A DNA stretch of 64,000 nucleotides from assembly GCF_006345805.1 (NCBI RefSeq), contig NC_043001.1, forward strand, positions 29,946,001 to 30,010,000, in the 5' to 3' direction. Numbering within the stretch: the first letter of the stretch is position 1; every line of letters starts with the position of its first letter. Positions 11,101 to 24,540 of this stretch are shown piece after piece. The notes under the pieces are model-generated. The model did no database searches, was not told the DNA's origin, and saw only the letters and a list, made by a program, of their open reading frames with translations. Both the position numbers and the translations under genes were made by a program. Source of the DNA: Octopus sinensis (lineage: Eukaryota).

Positions 11101-14100
11101 TTTTTGGCTCAAAAAGCAAAAAGCAAGGCCATGTAGGGGGACATGGAGTTATGTACAGGGAGGGTGTTCATGCAAAGAGTTCAGGCCATTTCTGGTCAAG
11201 AGAGACTTTGAACCGAGCGGTCGGTGGCATCTTCACTATCTCGTCCGGCAGCTTATTCCACGGATCCACAACCCGGACGGAGAAAGCCCCTCTCCTTTGA
11301 TTGAAATGAAAACGTCACTGATAGAGCTTTTCGGAGTGACCACCCAGCCGATGCAGTTGTTGTTTAGCTTTTGGTTTGACCTGATTAGGCAATCCAGTTG
11401 CAATGCATGTTATTGTGTCTTTTTTCTAAGGCAGCAGAATATTATTTGAAAGAGATTTAGTTGCTATCTCTGGTATGTTCTTCAACTGCACAGAGGCTCC
11501 TTTGTCTCATAAGAATTATAGTAATAAACCTTTCTATTATAGATACTTGGCTTGAAATTTACGGGAGAGGGTATATTAATTACATTGATCGCAGTGTTCT
11601 ACTGATACTTATTTCATCAACCCCTAAAGGATGAAAGGTAAAGTTGATCTTGATAGAATTTGAACTCAGACAGTAAGGACAGACCACATGCCGCTGAGCA
11701 TTTAGCTTGGTGCTCTAATGACTCCGCCAGCTCCTCATCTTAAGAATTATATTAATAATAGATGTAGAGGAAGGAGGGTGTGGATTAATAGTGCTAAAGT
11801 AGCTGTCAGTTATATATTCATTTCTTTCTTTAGATTGGGGTACCTCCTGTTCTGTGCCAAATATATCTTGAACTAAAAACCCTTGAGTTTGACACCACAG
11901 CTGTCACATTCCAAGAGCTGAAACCAGTTGAAGAAAAAAAAATGTCTTATTCTTTTCTTTATTTTTTTACTTGTTTCAGTCACTTGACTGCGGCCATGTT
12001 TGGGCACCACCTTAAGCCTTTAGGATTTAAACCAGCCATATCGAGCCAAAAGTATTCTGCCTGTTTTATGTTCAAACTGGCCAGATCTGGTCTCTCACAC
12101 CAACCCTACAATATCATTTTAAAAATTAACAGCTGCCTCATCAAAATCTCATAGCTACAAGATAATGCATGATTAGTTCAAAACAATGTGGATAAAAAAG
12201 CATTAGTTTTGGCAGAATAATGCAAACAATAAAGGGTTAAAGGGAGTTTTTGTAGTCAAAGAAATTGACCCTAAGACTAATTCGTTGTAAGCCTAGCACT
12301 TATTCTATCGGTCTCTTTTGTCAAACTGCTAAGTTACATAGATGTAAACACACCAACAGCAGTTGTTAAGCGATGTTAGGGGCGGGAACAAAGGCACATA
12401 AACATACACCTAAATATATACATATATATGACGGGCTTCTTTCAGTCTCCATAAACCAAATCCACTCACAAGGCTTTGGTTAGCTCGAGGTTATAGTAGA
12501 AGACACTTGCCCAAGGTCCCATGCAGTGGGACTGAACCTGGAACCATGTGGTTGTAGAAGCAAGCTTCTTACCACACAGCCATGCCTGTATGTATTTTAT
12601 ATATATGCACATTACAAATAATGATAAAATACCTTTGCTGAAATTGATTTCAGTTTGTACTATTTGTTTACTAGCCACAAGGGACTAAACACAGAGGGGA
12701 CAAACAAGGACAGACAAACGGATTAAGTCGATTACATCGACCCCAGTGCGTAACTGGTACTTAATTTATTGACCCCGAAAGGATGAAAGGCAAAGTCGAC
12801 CTCGGCGGAATTTGAACTCAGAACGTAACGGCAGACGAAATACCTGTTTCTTTACTACCCACAAGGGGCTAAACACAGAGGGGACAAACAAGGACAGACA
12901 AACGGATTAAGTCGATTACATCGACCCCAGTGCGTAACTGGTACTTAATTTATCGACCCCGAAAGGATGAAAGGCAAAGTCGACCTCGGCGGAATTTGAA
13001 CTCAGAACGTAACGGCAGACGAAATACCTGTTTCTTTACTACCCACAAGGGGCTAAACACAGAGGGGACAAACAAGGACAGACAAACAGATTAAGTCGAT
13101 TACATCGACCCCAGTGCGTAACTGGTACTTAATTTATCGACCCCGAAAGGATGAAAGGCAAAGTCGACCTTGGTGGAATTTGAACTCAGAACGTAACGGC
13201 AGACGAAATACCTGTTTCTTTACTACCCACAAGGGACTAAACACAGAGGGGACAAACAAGGACAGACAAACGGATTAAGTCGATTACATCGACCCCAGTG
13301 CGTAACTGGTACTTAATTTATTGATCTCGAAAGGATGAACGGCAAAGTCGACCTCGGCGGAATTTGAACTCAGAATGTAACGGCAGACGAAATACCACTA
13401 AGCATTTCGCCCGGCGTGCTAACGTTTCTGCCAGCTCGCTGCCTGGTTTCAGTTTGTACATGCTTAAATTTGCAAAGAACATGAATTAACACCTAATCTA
13501 TGTAATTTCAGTACTGCGTCATTTGGTAATTCTTTACACAATAGCTTTAACCATAGGTAAGAAACGTTAATGAAACTTTGATAAAATATCATTAGAACTT
13601 ACATCTTTGTGCTCACTTGGTCTCTCTCGCTCTCTCTCTCTCTCTCTTTCTCTCTCTCCCTTTCACTCACTCCTCTCCCTCTCTCTCTCTCTCACACACA
13701 CACACACTTTATTCTACTGAATTTATCATTATTCAGGTCCTTGAAGCTTCTTCAGGATATTACCAAATCAGTGAATTGGACATTCCAGGCCTTATCAGGA
13801 AATTCCTTATGGAGCTTGCGAACCCATCAAAAACTAAATTAACTGGTTAGTTGTTTGCCTATAAATTCATATATTTATAACTATGGCTATAAAGACTGAA
13901 GTCAGGGATCTCTATAAAAAATATGTTTGCTTCTGTTTTTTTAAAGCAATTTTGCATCTTTATTTCTGGCAACTATATATGCTACTTTCCCTCCAGGCCT
14001 TGATTTGACTCTAGTTTGACCTCATAGGATAACTGTGTTTTTGTGAGTTTTCTTTTCTTAAATACTAAACTATGAAAACATTGCAAGTGAGAGGTGTCAA

Positions 14101-15981
14101 CCATTTCAATCTACTAAAATATTATCTAGCAAAATTATTCATTTTGATGGTCATTGCTTGTGTCATTGTTTTGAGTAAAAAGCACCATCCGAATGTGGCC
14201 AATGCCAGCGCCGCCTAGACTGGCTTCCGTGTCGGTGGCACATAAAAGGCATCAATCCAATCGTGGCTGTTGCCAGCCTTGCCTTGCACCTGTGGTTGGC
14301 GTTAGGAAGGGCATCCAGCTGTAGAAACACTGCCAGATCAGACTGGGGCCTGGTGCAGCCTTCTGGTTTCCCAGATCCCGGTCGAACCGTCCAACCCATG
14401 CTAGCATGGAAAACGGACGTTAAACGATGATGATGATGATGATATATGTTACATACAATATTGAAGCCTGATAATCCTGAATTACTGTGGAGACAACAGG
14501 GGCAATCATCTTGATTTAACCCATCACAGTCAGCATTTAAGTAACCCATGTGTCCTGGGAACCTGTGGAAGGGGGTCAACCCAGGAAAACATGGAATGAA
14601 GTGGTGAGAAAGGATCTTCAGATGCTGGACCTCACTGAAGAAACAAGGAACCAGGAGCAGTGGCAATTTGCTGTACTTGAGAAGACACATCAGGCCAAAT
14701 AAAATCACTGTCATCATTACATACAGGCTTGTCCTTTACAGGTGTCAGTGCCACACAAAATGCTCTCGTGCCTGTGTAAATGCACCAGTGCCAGTGGTGT
14801 AAAATGCACCTAGCACAATATAAAGTGGTTGGCGTTAGGAAGGGCATCCACCTGAGAAACTATGCCACAATAGACAATTTAAAGTCTGGCCAACTCCTGT
14901 TCAGACGATAAACAATGATGATGATGATATATCTGATATGTTAGTATAGGATCCACTGTTAGCTTGATATTTCCTGTTGCCATGGCCATCCAGTTTTTAT
15001 GTATGTTGTTTCTGAATTTGGGGGCTCTGAGCATATTTTAAAGAGATATTTGATTTCAAAGGGAGCTTCGAATGTTTCATAGAGAAAATTGCTCCTGTGA
15101 AAAAGATCTGTCCCTAGTTGGCCAAGATGCCTAATTGAGGGATTAACGGAATAATAAATCAAACAGTTGATTTGTTATATAGCGTGAAAGTACATAGCTT
15201 AGTGGTTAGGGTGTGTGATTCACAATTGTAACGTGATGAGTTCACTTCCTGGCAGTGTGTTTTCTCCTTGAGCAATACATTTTATTTCACATTTTTCCAA
15301 TCCACTCAGCTGGTAAATATGAGTATCACCTGTAATTCAAAACTCTAGCCTTGTCACATTCTGTGTCACGCTGAATCTCCCTGGAAACTATGTTAAGGGT
15401 ATGAGTGTCCGTGGAGTGCTTAGGCACTTTTTCTTCTATTCTTTTATTTGTTTTAGTCATTCGACTGCAACCATGCTGGAGCACTGCCTTTAGTCAAACA
15501 AATCAACCCAGAACTTATTCTTTGTAAGCCTAATACTTATTCCATCGGTCTCTTTTGCCAGTGCCGCTGGACTGGCTCCTGTGCAGGTGGCACACAAAAA
15601 GCACCATTTGAGCGTGGCTGTTGCCAGTACTGCCTGACTGGCCCTCGTGCTGGTGGCACTTAAAAGCACCCACTACACTCTCGGAGTGATTGGCATTAGG
15701 AAGGTCATCCAGCTGTAGAAACTCTACCAGATCAGATTGGAGTCTGGTGCAGCCATCTGGTTCACCAGACCTCAGTCAAATTGTCCAACCCATGGAAAGC
15801 GGACTTTAAAACGATGATGATGATGATGTTTTGTAGCGTCAGTAAACTCTAAAACTAGCCATTTTACTTTAACCAGTTAATCTTGTTTCTTTTTTTAAAA
15901 TTTTATTCTACATTTACTGGGGATGTAAACACACAAACATCAATTGTCAACCGATGGTGGGGGTACAAACACCAACACACA

Positions 15982-16013
<32 letters not shown>

Positions 16014-19000
16014 CGACAGGCTTCTTTCAGTTTCCGTCTACCAAATCCACTCACAAGGATTTGGTCTGCCCAAGGCTATAGTAGAAGATACTTGCCCAAG
16101 GTGCCACGCTGTGGGACTGAACCCAGAACTATGTTGTTGGTAAGCAAGCTACTTACCACACAGCCTTGTGCATTAATTTCATAAGCAGGCTGTTCTATTG
16201 ATCAGATCAACTAGAGCCCTTATCATCAAAACCAACAGAGTGCCAATTATTGTTTATTATATAATGAAACTGAACCAGTGCTTTTGTTTATTATTATTAT
16301 TGGCATATTGACTGTCCAGAAATACAACAAAAAAAGTTATTCTTTTCTTGCAGTGAGAGCCAAAATCTACCTGCTTTTTGGTACCCTTGCACATCATTAC
16401 CCAGAATTTATGAGTGATTATGCAAAAAAGCTATTTGATATATATTTAAGTGCAATGGTTGCAGAGGTAAGTTTCTGATGTTGTTTCTCTTACCTTCTAC
16501 CTCTCTCCTCTTCTGTTTCCCTTTCTCATTTCTTTCCTTAATTTTCTTCTTTTGCACATATAATGATTGGCATATGTCTCATAAAGCAAAACACTTGAGT
16601 TTTAAGCATTTTACATATCATTTCACCACTGTGTTTTGTAAATTAGTTGCTGTCTTTTCAGAATTATATTTAAGAAAAACACATTTTGTTTTTCTGCAGA
16701 TCATATCTTTGTGTATATTATCATAATTTTTGTATACTGGTGACCAAGACTTTTGGAAATATGCTGTGCATGAGAAGACCTGCCAAGCTAAATGAGACCA
16801 TAATCTCATGGCCTATGCCAGGGGCGTAACCAGCCCACTTATGCATACCTTTTCCTTCTTTGGACACTAAAACTCTGCTTGCGAAATCAAAATCAAAATG
16901 AAAATCAAATTCAATGACTGGCGTCCGTGCTAGCGGAGTGCAAAGAGCACCATCCGAGCATGATCGTTGCCAGAGCGGCTAACTGGCTTCCATGCCGGTG
17001 GCACATAAAAGGCACATTTCAAGCGTGATCGTTACCAGCATCGCCTTACTGGTACCTGTGCCGGTGGCATGTGTAAAAGATTTGAGCGAGGTCGTTGCCA
17101 GTACCGCCTGACTGGCACGTAAAAGCACATACTACACTCTCAGAGTAGTTGGCGTTAGGAAGGGCATCCAGCTGTAGAAACTCTGTCAGATCAAGATTGA
17201 AGCCTGGTGCAGCCATCTGGTTCGCCAGCCCTCAGTCAAATCGTCCAACCCATGCTAGTATGGAAAACGGATGTTAAACGATGATGATGATGATTATGAA
17301 CATTTGGAATTATATGCATATACACTGAGTTGGTAAGAAAGTAATTTCGTTTTTTGCAAATAGATAGTGTTATGATATTTTAGAATGACTTTCATCAATG
17401 TTATGATTTTTTCGTTTTGACATTTGATAACTGTTACTTTTGACATACTATAGAACAAATCGCGTAATTTTGCTTACAGCTGTAAGTTCAGTGTCAATTT
17501 TAAAATGCAGTGCAAAAACGAACATTTTCACCATATTTTGCTTTTTTATTTTCATAAAGGCAAGAAAGCTGCTGAGGCTTACAAAGAGATATGCGTGTTG
17601 ATTGCTTAACAAAATACATATGCCAGAAATGGTTTTAAAAAATTCCATTCTGGAGATTTTTCACTCAAAGATGACCAATGTTCTGGTCGACCTACTGAAG
17701 TTGATGATGATCGAATCAAAGCCATAATTGAATCTGATTGTCATATAACTGTGTGAGAGATTGCAGAGAGGTTAATGACCTTGCTCTAATTGCTGAGTCA
17801 CTATCAGAACTAGAGGAGAAGTTTCAAGTGTGGAAACAAGGATTAGAATCGAAGGGCCTTAGAGTCAACCTAGCTAAAACCAAAGTCCTAATAAGTAGGA
17901 AGGCAGGCAAACCACAAATCCCTTCAGGTAGATGGCCCTGCTCGATCTGTAGTAGAGGTGTAGGTAGAAACTCTATAAGATGTACCCAGTGTAAGCTATG
18001 GACACATAAGAGGTGGGAAGATAGTTTTTGTATGTGGCAGATGCTCGGGAGCAATAAACACTGAAAATACACAGAGAACAAATTCCGCCACTTTCCAGGG
18101 AGAAAAACTAGAAGTAGTTGATAGCTTCCATTACCTAGGTGACCAAGTCAGTAGCGGGGGAGGGTGCGCAGAAAGTGTAGCTGCTAGAATAAGAATAGCC
18201 TGGGCAAAGTTCAGAGAGCTTTTACCTCTGCTGGTGACAACGGGCTTTTTGCTCAGAGTAAAAGGTAGATTGTATGATGCATGTGTACAAACAGCCATGC
18301 TACATGGCAGTGAAACATGGGCTGTGACTGCTGAGGACATGCATAAGCTTGCAAGGAATGAAACCAGTATGATCCGATGGATGTGTAATGTCAGTGTGCA
18401 TACTCGACAGAGTGTAAGTACCTTGAGAGAAAAGTTGGACCTAAGAAGCATCAGATGTGGTGTGTAAGAGAGACGACTGCGCTGGTATGGTCATGTGGTG
18501 AGCACTGGGATCAGTGTTATTAACTAACCCACTGCCCCGAAATTGCTGGCCTTGTGCCAAAATATGAAACCATTATTAAATATTTGAAAAGATCTTTGTT
18601 TAATTTGTATCCAAGAAAATGTAATTAGGTAACTTAGGTATGTGAATTTCTATTTCAGTTTAGAAGTCTCAAGAAACCTGAATTCCTAATCATTGCTGCT
18701 TGTCTTGAAGGTTGCAACAAACTCTTATCGAAGCATACACCATATGATCTTGAAGGTAAGTTCAACAATCAAGATCCATAATTGACTATAATAATTTCAT
18801 TGAAAGGGCAATGAGCTGGCGGAATCGTTAGCATCTCAGATAAAATGCTTAGCAGCATTTCAGCCATCTTCATGTTCTGAATTCAAATTCTGCTGCGATT
18901 GACTTTATCTTTCATCCTTTCAGGATTGATAAAATAAGTACCAGTTGAGCACTGGGCTCCATGTAGGCTTGGCTGTGTGGTAAGTAGCTTGCTTACGAAC

Positions 19001-19132
19001 CACATTGTTCTGGGTTCAGTCACACTGCGTGGCACCTTGGACAAGTGTCTTCTACCATATAGCCTCGGGCCGGCCAAAGCCTTGTGAGTGGATTTGGTAG
19101 ATGGAAACTGAAAGAAGCCCGTCATATATGTG

Positions 19133-19163
<31 letters not shown>

Positions 19164-22100
19164 GCGTGTTTGTGTGTCTGTGTTTGTTCCCCCATCATCA
19201 CTTGACAATCGATGCTGGTGTGTTTACGGCCCCGTAACTTAGCGGTTCGGCAAAAGAGACCGATAGAATAAGTACTAGGCTTAAAAAGAATAAGTCCTGG
19301 GGTCGATTTGCTCGACTAAAGGCAGTGCTCCAGCATGGCCACAGTCAAATGGCTGAAACATGTAAAAGAATGTAATTGATTGAACCTCTCCCTCTAAATT
19401 GCTTGTCTTGTGCCAAAATTTGAAACCAATAATTTCATTGAGTATTAAAAGCTTCCAAATACTCAGTAATAACCAAACATTATTAGGGGGTTAACATGGC
19501 AACAATTCATTCAACTTGAACATTATCAAACAGGTTATAATATAAAGAAAAAAATTCCCAACACACTAAATATATGAAAGAAATTCATGCCATGTACATT
19601 TTATGACTCTGAGTCACCATTTTCTTATGTAGCCCTATTGTATATGGCATAGAAAGCTGGCAGAAACGTTAGCACGCCGAACGAAATGCATAGCCGTATT
19701 TTGTCTGCCGTTACGTTCTGAGTTCAAATTCCGCCGAGGTCGACTTTGCCTTTCATCCTTTCTGGGTCGATAAATTAAGTACCAGTTACACACTGGGGTC
19801 GATGTAATCGACTTGATCCCTTTGTCTGTCCTTGTTTGTCCCCTCTGTGTTTAGCTCCTTGTGGGTAGTAAAGAAATAAGAAAATTTACTTTTAACTGAT
19901 AGTTAAATATGCATAATGAAATTGTTAATGCCAAATAATGTTATCAAAATGGAAGCAAAGCCTTCTAATCTGCCACTACTATGTCACTTGGCTGCTATTT
20001 CTTGTATGCTATCTTTTTCTAAGCATGTCATTGAAAATTGTAGATATCATGTAAAAACTATTTCAATTTACAGTAAATATCTTACTTTCTTTGATGACAC
20101 ACCTGTACTACATTCAAATTCAACTGAGATCAGTTTTACCTTTCATCCTTCGTTCATCATTGTCGTGATTATCATTTAACATCCATTTTCCATGTTGATA
20201 TGGGTTGGACAACTTGACAGGAGCTGGCAAGGCCAGGGGCTGCACCAGGTTCCGTAGTCTGTTTTGGCTTGATTTCTACAACTGGATGCCCTTCCTAACA
20301 CCAACCACATTACTATGTGTACTGGGAGCTTTCTACATGTCGCCATCACCAGTTTTTTTTTATGTGACACAATCCCCAGTACGTTTTATGTGACATCAGC
20401 CCTATTGCTTTTTACATGGAACTTTGGTTTTAGGATATGTCTTGGTTGATTATGGATTGTTCTCTCTGCTAAAATGTTTAGCCATATGTTAATGTTAGAA
20501 ATCATTTATTTTACATAACTTCTTTTATAACAAATCTAAATAATAATTAAATAATTCTTAAACCTTTAACTTTGTTTTCTTTATAGAGGGTGTTAAAAAA
20601 TATTATGAGCTTTTTCAAGCTGCACGCAGTGCTGCCAAACCCGATCTTGATCTTTCCCGTTATGAAATGCCAAAAGCAAGTTTAATATTATTTGAAAACC
20701 ATTCTGCATTTTTTATTAAATTCCTGCAAGACTGTTATGAGGTAAGTTTATCTATTATTGTCAGAAAATACTGTTGTTGTTAAACAAAACATCGGCCATG
20801 TAGACTCATCATCAACATTTCAATGTCTACTTTTTCATGCTCATGTAGGTCAAATATGAATAAGTTAGGGCAGAGTTTCTCTATGGCAGGTGCTCTCTCT
20901 GATGTCAACACTTAGCTGTTTTCAAGTGTAGTAGTACCCTCTCAATCTATAGAACAACAAACATCCCCCAACATGGTTACATAGAGAACAGGTAATGAAC
21001 GACACTGGTTGAATGAATCTGTTACACAACCTGCCATGCATCATGTCAAAAAATCCAGACATTCTCTCATGGTGGACTGCAAGCAAATGACACCGTTTGT
21101 TTGTGATGCCATTGTTTACAACCAGTGAACACATGTGCAGATGGGGGAAATAAAAACTCACTCACACAAACACACATATGCACACTGGTATACATATATA
21201 GGCGCAGGAGGGGCTGTGTGGTAAGTAGCTTGCTAACCAACCACATGGTTCCGGGTTCAGTCCCACTGCGTGGCATCTTTGGCAAGTGTCTTCTGCTATA
21301 GCCCCGGGCCGACCAAAGCCTTGTGAGTGGATTTGGTAGACAGAAACTGAAAGAAGCCTGTTGTATATATGTATATATATATCTATGTATGTGTTTGTGT
21401 GTCTGTGTTTGTCCCCCTAGCATTGCTTGACAACCGATGCTGGTGTGTTTATGTCCCCGTCACTTAGCGGTTCGGCAAAAGAGACCGATAGAATAAGTAC
21501 TGGGCTTACAAAGAATAACTCCCGGGGTCAATTTGCTCGACTAAAAGGCGGTGCTCCATCATGGCCGCAGTCAAATGACTGAAACAAGTAAAGAGTAAAA
21601 GAGTATATCATTGCTTTTAACATCCATTTTTTTCCATGGGTTGGACAGAATTTGTTGAGGCAAAATTTCTACGTCCAGATACCCTTCTGTTTCCAAGTAA
21701 GGTAACATTCCCCATGACCAGACACGTCTTCATGGAAGTCTAGAAATGAAGGACACTATTTATGTAATAGTGATATTCATCTACAACTATTACATGAACT
21801 CAAGACGAGGAGACAGTAGCACACATATTTATACATATATGTATGAGGCTGTACAGTAACAAGTTTGCTTCCCAGGCACATGGTTCCAGGTTCATTCTTG
21901 CTGCACGACACTTTGGGCAAGTGTCTTCTACAATGGCGCTGGGCCAACCAAAGCTTTGTGAGTGGATTTGATAGACAGAAACTGAAAGGAACCCATCACA
22001 TGTATGTGTGTTTGTGCTTGTCACCTGTCACTGCTTGACAACAGGTATTGGCTTATTTACTTCCTTAAGAAAATGTTTTAAAAACATAAGTATTGGGATC

Positions 22101-23480
22101 AATTAATTTGACTGAAACCCTTCCAGGTGGTACCCCAGCATGGTTATAGTCCAACGACTGGCACAAGTAAAAGATGACATATTCGGTCATCCCATAAATA
22201 ATGGTTTTTTTTTATACTTCTTTTATTTTTCAAAATTAAGATAAACAAAATTCTTTTTTAATCTTAATTATACTCTCCTTCATTTCCTACAATGCTCTCC
22301 CATCTATCTGGTAGACTTGCAAAGCCCCTCTTCCAAAATTCATTCGTCCTTGACGAAGAATACTCCTCCAGTGCTGTTCTGACCTCATCTACAGAATTCA
22401 TCTTTTTTCCATCAAAGTGATTTTGAAGATTGTGGAATAAATGATAATCAGATGGGGCAATGTCTGGTGAATATAGTGGGTGGTGCATTGTTTACCATTC
22501 AAACTGCTCCAGCCTTTGGAATGTCAACCTCACTGTATGTGGCCGAGCATTATCCTGATGAAAGAACACCTTTCATCTTGAAACCAAAGATGGTCATATT
22601 TTTTCTAGTGCTGACTTAAGCCACTCAAGCTGCTCACAATAGATCTACTTTGTTATTATTTGGGTTGGGTTTAAAATTTCACAGTGGGCTAAACCTTTCA
22701 TATCCCACCAAACAGATAACAACACCTTATGTGGGTGAAGACCTTCTTTAACCTGGGGTGCTGTTTCCTTTCCCTACCTACTGTCTTTAATGCTTGACAT
22801 TTTTATAGAGAACCCATTTCTTGCCACCAGTTACTATTCAGTCCAAAAATGGTTCATTTGTGAGACATGATAGCAAAGAAAAGCACATATTCACTCTCTG
22901 TGCTTGATTAGACTCAGAAAGTTTATGAGGAACCCATTGACTCAATTTACTGACTTTTCTGATGGTACGCAGGTGCCAATGAATGGTTGAATGACTAAAT
23001 CCAAGCTTCTCTGCTAGTTCCTCAACAGTTAGAATGGGATTTTGTTCCACCAAGGTTTGCAGAACAACCTTGTCCAGCTCTACAGATCTTCCTGGACAAG
23101 GCTTGTCTTCTAGGCTGTAGTTTCCAGGTCAGAATTTCTGGAACCGCCGTTGATACTGTCTTACACTTATTGTCTGATCTTCATACACTGCATTAATATT
23201 CCTCACACTTTCCATTGCGTTGTTGCCTTTATTGAACTCATTAAGCAAAATATGGCAAATATGCTCCTTTGTCACTTCTATTATCGCCTTGAAAAAACAG
23301 CTGTTAAAATTGAACTGCACTCTTCAAAACTTGCTCTAAGAATAAGGACAAGGTAAAATTACAACCTGCTTTTATGGCAAGCTGATGCAGGTAGTTTATC
23401 CTGTTCCCCTCCAACTTTTAGTTCATGCAATTGAAAAGAAACATTATTTATGGGATGACCCCAAAAATATATATACATAC

Positions 23481-23541
<61 letters not shown>

Positions 23542-24047
23542 TTGATCACTTTGACCGACCAGTCTGTCAGGCGTCCATTTGACACCGCTGGTCACAGCAC
23601 GCTGTCCACTCCTCTCTGGATTGCGCCTTTCTCATCCACGTGATCCCAATCGTCCTCCTGAAATCGTATATATATATATATATATATAAGTAGAAGGGCA
23701 GGCAACAGGTTGCTTTGCCACATACCGAAAGAATTAGAAATAGCAGTCAGAGACTGTTTATTTCTATTTTCTACAATATTTTGCATATTTTTCGTATGTG
23801 AATTGCAGGGTTATGTCGTATGTGGAGCCCCACTTGTAGAAAATAGAAATAAACAGTCTCTGACTGCTATTTCTAATTCTTTCGGTATGCGGCAAAGCAA
23901 CCTGTTGCCTGCCCTTCTACTTATATACAATATATACTGAACTTCACAGAAGTTCCCGCCGCTAATGGTCATATTTACATACCGAAATCTACCGGTAAAT
24001 AATTGTTGGTTGTCTGAAAAACCATCAAAGAAATTATTTACTCTTAT

Positions 24048-24103
<56 letters not shown>

Positions 24104-24508
24104 GTTTCAAAATTTAAACAAAACAAAGGAACAAACAGAATATTCACACACAGGACAAGATGTTGCTAATTCCTCATCTGTTATTGTTCAAAAGATCCTT
24201 GCAATTTCATGCCTTTAACTAATATTGTTCATATTTGGTGGTGTCAGTGGTGAGAAGCTGCTGAGAATGGTGATCAGATGACAGTGACAAAAACAAACAT
24301 GACAGAATGTGAATTTACAAACAAAATAAGATAAATATACATTGCACAAACAAATAAGACCTTGCAGCTATAAGATGAGACAAATATGTGGGTAATGCAA
24401 GGGAAATGTCCTAAAAGACTGGAGACGGAAAGAAAAAAGCAAACCATGTTAAAAGTAGAAGAGAGAAACGCAACTGATCAACTCGGCGATCAGGAGAACC
24501 AAATCTTA

Positions 24509-24540
<32 letters not shown>

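Noticed and set aside
14163-14717. 184-aa ORF and the many recurring LDALPNANH / HHHH ORFs
   Set aside because: They are antisense translations of the RTE 3'UTR repeat, not genes.
20676-20681. GC-type donor (GCAAGT) inside the 155-nt exon
   Set aside because: The frame stays open and DNA-PKcs similarity continues to the canonical GTAAGT at 20742, so it is not needed; there is no evidence of use.
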